Origin: Eledone cirrhosa
Lineage: Eukaryota
Length of the DNA: 64,000 bases
Assembly: GCA_964016885.1 (NCBI GenBank)
Contig: OZ024744.1
Location: forward strand, 105,648,001 to 105,712,000
Reading direction: 5' to 3'
In this document: one piece after another, positions 27,390 through 38,425 of the stretch
How the letters are laid out: each line of letters starts with the position of its first letter
How positions within the stretch are numbered: the stretch's first letter is position 1
Program-made: the position numbers and the translations under genes
The notes under the pieces: generated by a model
Seen by the model: the letters and a program-made list of their open reading frames with translations, nothing else
Told to the model about the DNA's origin: nothing
The model's database searches: none

Positions 27390-27764
27390 CCAAAATCTGG
27401 ACAGCAACTAAGTTGTTGAACATATTATGAAGCTTGGACTGACAGGTGAGAAAGATATATCAACAAAAGAAAGGTAATAACATGGCAAGGATTTAATTAA
27501 TTATCAAAGACCTGGAAGTCTTGAGGAAGGATATTAAGATCAGAGAGTTTGTAACAACAGTTGAATCAGACTTGTTATATGGCTGTGTGACACTCACACT
27601 CACACTCACACACAAGTTTGAAAATAAGATGTCACATTGAAGTTTATACCAGAAATACAAACAGAATATGAATGAATGATTGTAGTAGTTGCATAATAAT
27701 CATATGCTTGGCGTTGGTCCCAGAGGGTCATTGGAGTACTATTATTTAACATGAGATTTAAAAG

Positions 27765-27948
27765 GGCGGTGGATTGGCAGTATCGGTAGAGGGTCGGACG
27801 CCATGCTTTCAAGCATAGTTACGTCTCTTTACGATCTGAGTTCAAATCCCGCTGAGGTTGACTTTGCCTTTCATCCTTACGGGGTCGATAAAATAAAGTA
27901 CCAGTAATGCACTGGGTAATTGCTGGCCTTGTGCCTAAAGTAGAAACA
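27765..27948 (+). mobile_element. Young tRNA-derived SINE with 24-bp TSD
   Basis: A-box-like TGGCAGTATCGG, B-box GAGTTCAAATC and central CTTTGCCTTTCATCCTTACGGGGTCGATAAAATAAAGTACCAG. TSD ATTATTTAACATGAGATTTAAAAG at 27741-27764 and 27949-27972. Confidence 0.92.
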
Positions 27949-28439
27949 ATTATTTAACATGAGATTTAAAAGTTCAATGGTTGAAGCCTGGCAGTTTTCA
28001 TAGTTAGTTAAACATATGCTCTGCTGTGTATAGTAAGTAGCTTACGACAAGTCTCTGTCTCCTATGAAATCCAAAGCATATCTATCTTGATACTTGGCGA
28101 TTTCCTAGGTTAACACTCCCATTGTGATTGTCAACATTTGATGGTAGGGAGTGCTTTTATGGATTACACTGTCTTAATGTGTGTATGTCTGTAGGTGAAG
28201 ATTGCCTGTAAAACCCTTATCTCCAATGAATGTTCACTATGTATCTCCACACAAGTCAATTAGTAGCTTATGTGCATGTTTTCCTAGTAGAACAAGTGAT
28301 AAATACACAAGCAGGACACATTGCTCACAAGAAATAATAAACATTCTTAGTCAATTTAATATATACGAAAATTAACTACCAGTGTAAGCAGTAATACTAT
28401 ATGCAAATTAGCTCCTCCATTTCATGGTTAGTACTATAT

Positions 28440-28725
28440 GCCGGCCTCCCTTACATATCTGTCGTTGTACGTAAAAGAAGAGTAAGATTTGTTGGCTACT
28501 GCCATCGTGCCACCTCTGGGGCTGTGTCCCCCATTAGTGCTTTGGAAACCACAAGCAGTCACTAATAACAGAGGGTGCAAGCTCTCCTATCCCGATGTCA
28601 TCTCCAGAGATTCTGGTATTGAAATCGAGGACTTGGCAACATCAATGAATGACAGACCCTTATGGAGATCAATTGTTGAGTCGATTTTGGCTGAGGCTGC
28701 TGGATGATGATGATGATGATGATGA
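28440..28725 (+). mobile_element. RTE-X LINE 3' end with (GAT)n tail
   Basis: RKRRVRFVGYCHR..VLWKP..LSYPDVISRD..MNDRPLWRSIV, then (GAT)n. Confidence 0.8.
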
Positions 28726-28813
28726 TAGTTTGTAGTCTTTACAATGTCATCATTTATGCACATCTTTGTGGTTGACTCATCATATAAATGTCCTCCTTTA
28801 AGATTGCAATAAT

Positions 28814-28998
28814 TGTTTCTACTTTTGGCACAAGGCCAGCAATTACCCAGTACATTACTGGTACTTTATTTTATCGACCCCGTAAGGATGAAAGGCAAAG
28901 TTAACCTTGGAGGGATTTGAACTCAGTCCGTAAAGGGACGTAACTCTATGCTAGAAAGCATGGCGTCCGACCCTCTACTGATACTGCCAATCCACTGC
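28814..28998 (-). mobile_element. Young tRNA SINE (same family as 27765)
   Basis: Reverse complement of the 27765 element. TSD CCTTTAAGATTGCAATAAT at 28795-28813 and 28999-29017. Confidence 0.92.
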
Positions 28999-29504
28999 CC
29001 TTTAAGATTGCAATAATGGTTGAAAATTAAGGAAATACAAAAATTTGACATGTTTGGATGTCTAATATATTCAGTGTAATATATGTGTGTACACACATAT
29101 ACATACAGTCTCGGTTAATCTGGTTCTCTATATGTACAGATGTGTATGTTTATCACAAACATACACACGCACACACACACCATCATCATCACCACCATTA
29201 TCACCACCATTATTATCATCATCATCACCATTATCATCATCATCATCTGCCTTGGTATTTCATAAAAATAACAATACATTTTTGCACACATTACAAAATA
29301 TTTGTTGTATAGAATAAAATCTGTGTGTATTTCCTTTTGAAATTGTCTGCAATGTGAGTTACTGTAGAACTTTACTGAATAACGGTTTTTCTGAAATGTC
29401 TGTCTTATTTAGTTTGTTTTAGCCATATCAGCATATATATATATCAATAGCTGATTATTGAATAGCAGATAACTGCTCTTAGGAATAACCCATATAACTC
29501 TCTT

Positions 29505-29598
<94 letters not shown>

Positions 29599-30323
29599 TT
29601 CTCTTATACACACTCTCTTATATACACACACTCTTTTTTCTGTTTGTCTTCTCTCTCCCCCTCCCTCACTTTCTCATTCCTTTTAGGGAGAAAGAGAGAT
29701 ATAATTGCAAGTCAAAATTGCCAGATTTTTCACTATGAATATAGGAATATAAACAATTGAATTATAATAAATTGCTGCTTCATATGTTCTGTAATGTTGG
29801 ACACACGTATTTAATGTGTGTCTTTTTACTTTTGTTTTGTAATTTAGTGGTTTAGCAAATAGAGATCAATAAAATAGATCGAAACAAGTACTGGGATCGA
29901 TATGATTGGTGAAACTCTTGGACACATTGCCCCAGTATGTTCACAGACCAGTTGAATGAGTGAAACCAGTAAAAGATCTGACTCATTTATATTGATCTTG
30001 TTCATTTGCTTTGTTGACTGTGTGTCTATAAAGCTAAATAAAATTAAACCCACCAAGAAAAGTAATATAAAAAAAAAAAATAGGTGAAATGTGTGTGTGT
30101 GTGTGTAAAAACGAGAAAACTCAACCTAGAGTAACTGTTAAAACAGTCCAAATGCTGTCAAAGACAGCAATGGGCAAAATGCCCCAGAGGACAGACCAGC
30201 AGCCACTGGTTGGCAGAGAGAGACAATGCACAAGGTGGGTGACAGGCAGATGAAATATAGAAACGATTGAAAGAGGAGGATGACAAGAAGTGTGTTTTTT
30301 CAAACACACACACACCACACACA

Positions 30324-30414
<91 letters not shown>

Positions 30415-30559
30415 GCGCGCGCGCGCACACACACGTTGATGACATTTTTATCAACATCAGCTTTCAAACCAACAAAATAGTTTCACACAATTTAATTGAG
30501 AGTACCATTTTAAAATGCTGGATCGTGCAACAGAAAAAAAATAAAAATATAGTGTAGTG

Positions 30560-31355
30560 TGTGTGTGATAAAACAAACAGATAGATAGGCATACAGATCA
30601 GGGACCAAAGTAAAGTGCATCTTATCAACACCAAACTGTTGTTAGTAAGGACAGCAGAACAAACAGAACAGACAGACAGATCAGAGAGTGAAGTAAAGAA
30701 TGTTCTATTGACACCAGGCCACTGCTAGAAACTATCGCAGTGTTGCCCAGCATGCCTATTAAAGTCACCTGCAATGATTATGAAGTCACTATCACTCATT
30801 AGGGAGGTAATGTGCATTAGAGATTCGTTAAATCCATTTTTTAGTTCATCTGACAGTCCAGATTGAGGTGTATATACAGATATATGTGTTTCTACTTTAG
30901 GCACAAGGCCAGCAATTATCCCAGTGCATTACTGGTACTTTATTTTATCGACCCCGTAAGGATGAAAGGCAAAGTCAACCTCGGCGGGATTTGAACTCAG
31001 ATCGTAAAGGGACGTAACTATGCTGGAAAGCATGGCGTCCGACCCTCTACCGATACTGCCAATCCACCGCCGTACAAAGTGTATATACAGATATAATTGG
31101 TAGAGTTGTTCTATTTAGTACTAATCTAAGTTTAATTATTCTATCATTTACTATATTTATAGAAATTACTTTATCTACCCATTTTACAGCTAACATGATA
31201 CCTACTCCAACCAGCCTGTTGTCATTGCCCACCCAGAAACATTTGTAGCATAGTTTTTTCCCTGCAAGAAGTCTAGTTGACATTCCTCTCCATACAACAA
31301 CTTATCCTGATCTTCCTTTCATTGTGCCTACATTGATTGTGGCAGCTCTGAAGTT
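30560..31355 (-). mobile_element. Decayed RTE LINE endonuclease region, interrupted by a SINE
   Basis: FRAATINVGTMKGRSG, GVGIMLAVKW, DRIIKLRLV..IISVYTPQSG and AGDFNRHAG on the minus strand. Confidence 0.8.
30885..31078 (-). mobile_element. Young tRNA SINE with 17-bp TSD
   Basis: TSD GTGTATATACAGATATA at 30868-30884 and 31079-31095. Confidence 0.92.
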
Positions 31356-31557
31356 TGGGAGTTCACCAGAAGAGGGAGAGGAAGATGAATACTTGGGGAG
31401 GGGAGTGGGAGATGAATTGGTGTTGGCTTTCCTTGTCTGAAATAAAGAAGAATGTTCACATGGTTGCCTGAAGATGAATGATGTATTCATATTCGTATTT
31501 AGGAATGCTCCAACAGTGTAGTCCATATGCCATACAAACCACCAAGCCCTTAACAAC

Positions 31558-31598
<41 letters not shown>

Positions 31599-32022
31599 AC
31601 TATGAGTTAAGAGTTTAAGACATTTTCTCACTACTGTGGTTTGATTGGATTAGCAGGATATGGTGGTAAGGTGGAGGGGAGGAGGTGAGATGTAAAATAA
31701 GAGATGAGCCAGAGGCACCGACCATATAGAAGCTGCTAAAGATATGTCCAAATGTTATATATAAATAAATGGAGGGAATAAGAAAATATGAAAGAGATAG
31801 AGCTGGACCGCATGTTTATCTACTGAAGGGAACATATAAAGTTGAAGGAAAAAAAGCTTTTACACACTTTTTTATTAAGCCAGTACAACAGGTGTGTATG
31901 TATATATGTGTGTGTGTGTGTGTGTGTGCATATGTGGTTGATGCACTTATTAATCTACGTAAGAGCGTATATGGATTATGGATGTACGTATAGATGTGCA
32001 TGTGGTTTTATGTATGTATGTA

Positions 32023-32053
<31 letters not shown>

Positions 32054-32110
32054 TTTCCTCATTATACCTTTCATTTTTAATAGATATCAATTTCAAATGT
32101 TTATATCTAG

Positions 32111-32194
32111 ATAACTATTTCATCTGATGAACGGGCTAGACGTTTCTGTAAGGATCGTCTAGTTTCTTGAAACCTTTGGTAATGAAATAATTAT
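32111..32194 (+). ncRNA. Complete type I hammerhead ribozyme motif in the intron upstream of the SIPA1L exon
   Basis: Stem I ATAACTATTTCAT/ATGAAATAATTAT pairs 12 of 13. CTGATGA at 32124-32130. Stem II GGGCTAGACG/CGTCTAGTTT. GAAA at 32169-32172. Stem III ACC-ttt-GGT. Cleavage triplet GUA ends at 32181. Confidence 0.8.
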
Positions 32195-32275
32195 ATTGTG
32201 TTGTTTATTATGTAATTAAATAGCTCTGTACTATACATAGAGCACTCTTCTTTCCTTTACCTTTTCTACAGAAAT

Positions 32276-32339
<64 letters not shown>

Positions 32340-32409
32340 ATCTTTTATAGATAAAATTAAAATTATTTTATTTTATTTCTCCTAATTTCTATTTTTGTTT
32401 CTTCCACAG

Positions 32410-32690
32410 GTCTTGCTGTATTGCATTTTGGCAGCCTTTCAGTTTTACATGCTTGGAGAGGACAATTTCTTTGAAACAATGATTCCAGCAAATATAGCTA
32501 ATTTTCTAGCTATATTAACATTACTAAATCCACAAAATTCTTCAGTTATATTCAATTAATTTGGTAATGAAAAGATTTTTGATTATCATGAAACTTTGGA
32601 AATATTTACTGTTGTAATTTCAATTTAATATAAATTTGAAAAAAATTTCGTCTTCGTGAAAAGTAGAAATTAACAACCACCATTACTGTC

Positions 32691-32721
<31 letters not shown>

Positions 32722-32775
32722 GAAAAATTACTATATTTCTATCACTTTGAAATGACAGAAGAATAATGTTATGCC
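32410..32775 (+). promoter_or_regulatory. Predicted 5' UTR portion of the SIPA1L exon, with several uORFs
   Basis: Strong acceptor TTTTTGTTTCTTCCACAG|G before 32410. Upstream ATGs at 32449, 32567, 32752, 32766 and 32771. Confidence 0.55.
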
Positions 32776-34180
32776 ATGGCTTCAGATGAACAAGCAGTTC
32801 CATCAAAGAGAAGGGTAGGTAGGTGCTCTTCGTATATAATATCTTTGGACACATCTCCCCCTAGGACGAAGAAATCTGCAGATTATGGTCAGAAACAGGT
32901 GTTAAATGAGAAGGCGTCTAATGTCTGTGATGATGAAAGCGATGTATGTAGACACCATAATCAATCAGATGATAATGGTGGAGATAGAGATTATTTTCAA
33001 ACCCGGGAAAACTTTCAACGAACTAGTTTGAGGTATCTTGAAATGCATCGATCAAGCACAGAAAAATTTCTAGCCCGACACAAAGCAAGTTACAAGATCA
33101 ATCAATCACCTTCTGAGAAACCAGTTTCTACTCAGATGCCTAAAGTGCAAAAAGAAAGTAAAGTTGAACAGTTGAGTAGGGTTGGTCTACATCGGAGCAA
33201 TAGTAACTTAGAGATGGATAGTGTGGAGCATTCTGATGAAGATGTCTCTACAACTGTTGTTTCTTCACGCAGAGAATATGGAAGTACATCTTCACTTGAT
33301 ACTCTTCCAACAAATCATGAAGTTTTTTTTGACATGGTGAGAGATTTTAAACTGGGGAACCCAGATCAACGAAGTCCTGCTCCTCCAAAGCTCCTTGATG
33401 TCTTGCGAGGAAAACCAATGCCTGAAAAGCTGAATCAAAGCAGTCGCAGTGTTATGAAATCAGAATTTCTTTCTCCTTCTGAAAAAGATTCTGAAAGCAC
33501 CCAAAGTCCAAAGTTGAAAACAAAATTTAAGCACAAGGATCGCAAAGTACGTGCTAAGTCTATCACTGGAGAAGCTGGCTCAGGGATATTCCGAAAGTTT
33601 CGTGGTGCAAAAGTTGATGGATCTGATTTACCAATAAAAAATTCTGATGTATCTGATGGCTTTGATAGTCGTAATGAGGAGAGAATAATGCGTAAAGCAT
33701 TTGTTCATTTTGATTGTCAAAGTATTGGCATTAATGTGTATGATTTGATAGAGAAACGAAATAATGCAACAGAGAGGAAGAATACAACGACAGGTGCATC
33801 AGCTGCATCTGTTAATCGTAACAGTTACACGGGGGACAAAGATAATTCTGAATTGTGTTCTGATCAGGATGAAGGGGACAACAAAAGCAATAATTTAGTC
33901 TTGAGTTGTCCGTTTTTTCGAAATGAGCTGGGTGGCGAGGAGATTCGAAACATTAGCTTGTGTAAAGTCACAGCACAGAAACGAAACAAGCTACCTTCCA
34001 ACAAAGAGATAGAACAAGATGTTATTTATAGAAATTCTATTTGTACAGGAATCTCAATCTTGGACTCCTCTTTGAGCTCATCAGGTCAGCCACTGCCATC
34101 ATTTATAAAACACAAAGATTTCATTATAGAGTATGTGGATTACGGTGCTTACTATTACAGATCCTTTTTTTATGAAACTG
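32776..34180 (+). CDS. SIPA1L1: Signal-induced proliferation-associated 1-like (SPAR/SIPA1L, Rap GTPase-activating protein), large first coding exon (468 codons + 1 nt, phase-1 intron)
   Basis: GCCATGG Kozak start. SIPA1L family motifs REYGSTSSLD, FVHFDCQSI, RKNTTTGASAAS, GDNKSNNLVLSCPFFRNELGGE and IEYVDYGAYYYRSFFY. Donor G|GTAAGT at 34180/34181. The ORF tail to 34236 is intronic read-through. The gene is probably co-orthologous to vertebrate SIPA1L1/2/3. Confidence 0.93.
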
Positions 34181-34371
34181 GTAAGTTAAACTATTTATAT
34201 TATTTTTGTTGTTTTTTTAAACTTCTCTGTATATAACTACATTTTCAGACACCACCAACTTGCTTCATTGCAGGCTAGCATGTAAAGCCAGACACACTCC
34301 ACAAATGTCAGACACTACCCACCCATCCACTTGCCTTGAGGTTACCCCTATGAATCAGCACCTCCCTCTCC

Positions 34372-34436
34372 CTCTGTGGTGTGTATATTTCCACTGTGGT
34401 GTGTATATTTCCACTGTGGTGTGTATATTTCCACTG
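34372..34436. repeat. 20-bp tandem repeat, 3 copies (CCACTGTGGTGTGTATATTT)
   Basis: Directly visible. Confidence 0.85.
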
Positions 34437-34787
34437 GTTTAAAAGCCAGTGTTGTTTATGTGACTATCAGTGTCTTAGAAATTGATAAAACAAGTACAAG
34501 ACTGACATGAGTTTTGGGTATATGATCAACTAAAACACCTTGACGGTAACTAGTGAAAAGGTAAAAGAATGAATCCTTAACTCCTTGTGTAGTAGTTGTA
34601 GGGACAAAGGGTCAGGAGAACACTTCCTTAGTGTTTGTGCTATGATAAAATACACTCAGGAGAGCCTGGGATTGTATGTCTGGTCCCTGGCCCACCTAGA
34701 TACCAGAGGTTCCACTTGAGTACTGACCAGTCACTGATGATACGTCCAACCTTTCCTACTAAGCCATCATTATTTATGATCATCAGC

Positions 34788-35008
34788 GTGGTGAATTGGC
34801 AGAATTGCTGGAGAGTGACACAAAATGCTTAGTAGTATGTTGTTTCAGTCTTTTACATCCTGAGTTAAAATTTGAGGTCAACTTTGCCTTTCGTCTTTCC
34901 GATGTTGATAGAATAAAGTAGCAACAGTGAGGCACTGGGATTGATTTAACCAACTGTCTCCTCCCTCCCTCCCCTAATTGCTGGTCTTGTGCCTAAAATA
35001 GAAACTAT
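34788..35008 (+). mobile_element. Older, longer subfamily copy of the tRNA SINE
   Basis: Same head and central domain (CAACTTTGCCTTTC..GATAGAATAAAGTA) and tail GTGCCTAAAATAGAAAC. It has about 35 bp extra that the young copies lack. Confidence 0.75.
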
Positions 35009-35253
35009 TGACCCAGTGGTCATTAACTTATGTAATTAATTTCTGGTGAGACTGAAATTGATCTGGTTTGTGTTAACACCAGATTAATCAAGTGATCAAG
35101 TGCTTAGTCAGATTCCTGAACTTAAGTATTACAGATTGCCAAATCATTTGATTCACAGAACTCCACAATGTAAAAAGTATAATCATGAGTAGAATGCCTT
35201 TGATCACAGTTCTGTTCAGTCAGGGTTGGCTAGGGGCTAAACACCTACAATGT

Positions 35254-35286
<33 letters not shown>

Positions 35287-36036
35287 ATAGTAGTGGTGGG
35301 CAGAATATGTGCTGTGCCTAACAAAACATGTCTTACAATATTTAGTTAGGTTCAAATCCTCCTGGGGGAAATTTTTTCCCAATGATTTTATTGACTGCAG
35401 AGGAATAACCTCTGCAGTCAATAAAATCATTAAAAAAAAAATAGATTTTTTTTTATTTTTGTTTTTTTTATAACAAGTATGACAACAATTCTGTACATGT
35501 TTCAGTCTTATTCTGACCTCATCAATAATCAATAGAACATAGACTTCACTGTATTTGATAAATTAGTGATGGAAAAATAGATATGTGGTGAGCGAAAAAA
35601 AAAACTATATCAGTTGATATGGGAAACAACTCTATACATGTTCAAATCTTATTCGGAACACATTAGTGAAGCATGGCATTCACTTGACTTACTAAAAATG
35701 CCTCAAATAAATAACTGTACAACATTATACACTGTTTGGTGTAGAAATATAGAACATTTTATAGAATAAATAACTGAGAAGTGGTGTATTTGGAAGAGTG
35801 ATCTGGACATAGTTTAAATCAGAACAATTTAGGTAGTAAAGTAGATTATATAAGCCCAACACGTACATACCATCATTAGCTACACTAATTGTTGTTATTA
35901 CTTGCTAATATTTATTAATATATACACCAACCCCACACACTAATTATACATTTCTTTGCCTCTTATATATATTTTTACTTACCACACTTATTTAAACAAC
36001 AGTTGCCCCTGTTTTTCTTTCGTTTCATTTTACTTT

Positions 36037-36068
<32 letters not shown>

Positions 36069-36175
36069 TATATGTATGGGTTTAGCTGTATAGATGTGTA
36101 CATATATATGTATATTTATAGATGAATATATATATATGTATGTGTGTGTGTATATATATGTATATATATATATAT

Positions 36176-36312
36176 AGGAAAAGGTATGACCCCGATGGCA
36201 GAGCTCAAGCCGTTTCGACGGCTATTTCCTATTACCCACTCTACTACCCTAAGTATTGAGTACTCTGGTGCGTTATGGTCCATCTGGTTCCTTACCACAC
36301 TTCCTTCGTTAT
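36176..36312 (-). mobile_element. Fold-back element copy with one palindrome arm lost
   Basis: Single arm GAGCTCAAGCCGTTTCGACGGCTA joined to a body that is the reverse complement of 36336-36420. Flanked by (TA)n. Confidence 0.8.
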
Positions 36313-36335
36313 ATATATATTATATATATATATAT

Positions 36336-36527
36336 AACGAAGGAAAAGTGGTAAGGAACCAGGTGGACCATAACGCACCAAAAGTACTCAATACTTGAGG
36401 TAGTAGAGTGGGTAATAGGAACCAGTAAGACCCCGACAGCTGAGCTCAAGCCGTTTCGACGGCTAATTCTGCGTCGAATTAGCCGTCGAAACGGCTTGAG
36501 CTCAGCTGTCGGGGTCTTACTGGTTCC

Positions 36528-36530
<3 letters not shown>
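36336..36530 (+). mobile_element. Fold-back element in (TA)n with perfect 55-bp palindrome arms
   Basis: Arms at 36415-36469 and 36476-36530, loop TGCGTC. Confidence 0.9.
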
Positions 36531-36606
<76 letters not shown>

Positions 36607-36719
36607 ATATATATATGTGTGTGTATGTATATATATATAAATACAGATATATATGAGAGTAAGTGTGTGTGTGTGTATAATAGTGAGTGACGTTCCTCAG
36701 TTCTATTGAGGAATTGTTG

Positions 36720-37230
36720 ACTCCTACATGTGTACTGTCTCCTACATGGTACTGTCTACTACATGTATACTGCCTCCTACATGTGTACTGTCTACTACAT
36801 GGGTATTATCTACTACATGTGTACTGTCTACTGCATGTATATTGTCTACTACATGGCACTGTCTACTACATGTGTAGTCTATCTCCTACATGGTACTGTC
36901 TACTACTTGTGCATTATCTATTACATGTGCACAGGTCTGTCTACTACATGTGTATTGTCTATTACATGTGTATTGTCTATTACATGTGTACTGTCTATTA
37001 CATGTGTACTGTCTCCTACATGGTACTGTCTCCTACATTGTACTGTCTGTCTGCTACATGTGTATTGCCTGCTACACGTGTACTGTCTTCTACACGTGTA
37101 CTGTCTGTCGCCTACATGTGTATTGTCTCCTACATGTGTACTGTCTACTACATGTGCACTGTCTGTCTCCTACATCTGTACTGTCTTCTACATGTGTACT
37201 CTCTGTCTCCTACATGTGTAATCTACTACA
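36720..37230. repeat. Degenerate minisatellite of about 18 bp (CTACTACATGTGTACTGT)
   Basis: Directly visible. It is the source of the YCLLHV pseudo-ORFs. Confidence 0.9.
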
Positions 37231-37295
37231 AGCCTTTCTAGGAACATTTTTCTTCATTTAAAACATTTACTTGACTCTGAATGATTGCGTGGGTC

Positions 37296-38425
37296 TTTGT
37301 ATGTGTACACATGTCTGTCTGTCTGTCTTTGTCTGTGTATGTGTACATATGTATGTCTGTCTGTCTTTGTCTGTGTGTGTGTGTCTGTGTATGTGTGTCT
37401 GTCTTTGTCTGTGTATGTGTACATATGAATGTCTGTCTGTCTTTGTCTGTGTATGTCTGTCTGTCTTTGTCTGTGTGTGTGTGTCTGTGTATGTCTGTCT
37501 GTCTTTGTCTGTGTATGTGTACATATGTATGTCTGTCTGTCTTTGTCTCTGTGTGTGTGTGTCTGTGTATGTCTGTCTGTCTTTGTCTGTGTATGTGTAC
37601 ATATGTCTGTATGTCTGTCTTTGTCTGTGTATGTCTGTCTGTCTTTGTCTGTGTGTGTGTGTCTGTGTATGTCTGTCTGTCTTTGCCTGTGTGTGTGTGT
37701 CTGTGTATGTCTGTCTGTCTTGTCTCTGTTGTGTGTGTCTGTGTATGTCTGTCTGTCTGTGTGTGTGTGTCTTTGTGTGTCTGTGTATGTCTGTCTGTTT
37801 GTGTGTGTGTGTCTGTGTATGTCTGTCTTGCCTTTGTCTGTGTGTCTGTGTATGCTTGTCTTTGCCTGTGTGTGTGTGTGTCTGTGTATGTCTGTCTGCC
37901 TTTGTCTGTGTCTGTGTCATATGTCTGTATGTCTGTCTTTGTCTGTGTATGTCCTGTCTGTCTTTGCCTGTGTGTGTGTCTGTGTATGGTCTGTCCTGCC
38001 TTTGTCTGTNNNNNNNNNNNNNNNNNNNNNNNNNNNNNNNNNNNNNNNNNNNNNNNNNNNNNNNNNNNNNNNNNNNNNNNNNNNNNNNNNNNNNNNNNNN
38101 NNNNNNNNNNNNNNNNNNNNNNNNNNNNNNNNNNNNNNNNNNNNNNNNNNNNNNNNNNNNNNNNNNNNNNNNNNNNNNNNNNNNNNNNNNNNNNNNNNNN
38201 NNNNNNNNNTGTGCATGTATCTCTGTGTGGGTGTATATGTGTGTCTGTGTGTCTGTGTGTCTGTATCTCTGTGTGAGTGTATATGTGTCTGTGTGTCTGT
38301 GCATGTATCTCTGTGTGGGTGTATATGTATGCCTGTGTGTCTGTATGTATGTCTGTGTGGGTGTATATGTGTATGTATATCTGTGTTTGTGCATGTGTGT
38401 CTGTGTGGGTGTATATGTATGCTTC
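37296..38425. repeat. Compound (GT/GTCT) microsatellite spanning a 200-N assembly gap (38010-38209)
   Basis: Directly visible. Confidence 0.95.

Larger units (their letters stand above)
25690..27600 (+). pseudogene. Decayed RTE-X LINE reverse-transcriptase region split by two internal tandem arrays
   Basis: Motifs in order: NY.GISLTS, LDPHLRQSQNSFR, FRRIREEVK..AVLIFIDL, LAPYLF.IVI.YVM, DIALL, KTELM, then after the array WKS..KIR.F...VES.LLYGC. Confidence 0.8.

Noticed and set aside
27765-27860. tRNA genes at SINE heads
   Set aside because: A/B-box-like motifs are present but there is no cloverleaf. They belong to a repeated SINE with TSDs.
34181-34236. C-terminal KLNYLYYFCCFFKLLCI of the 486-aa ORF
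   Set aside because: It lies after a consensus GTAAGT donor where family similarity ends, so it is intronic read-through.
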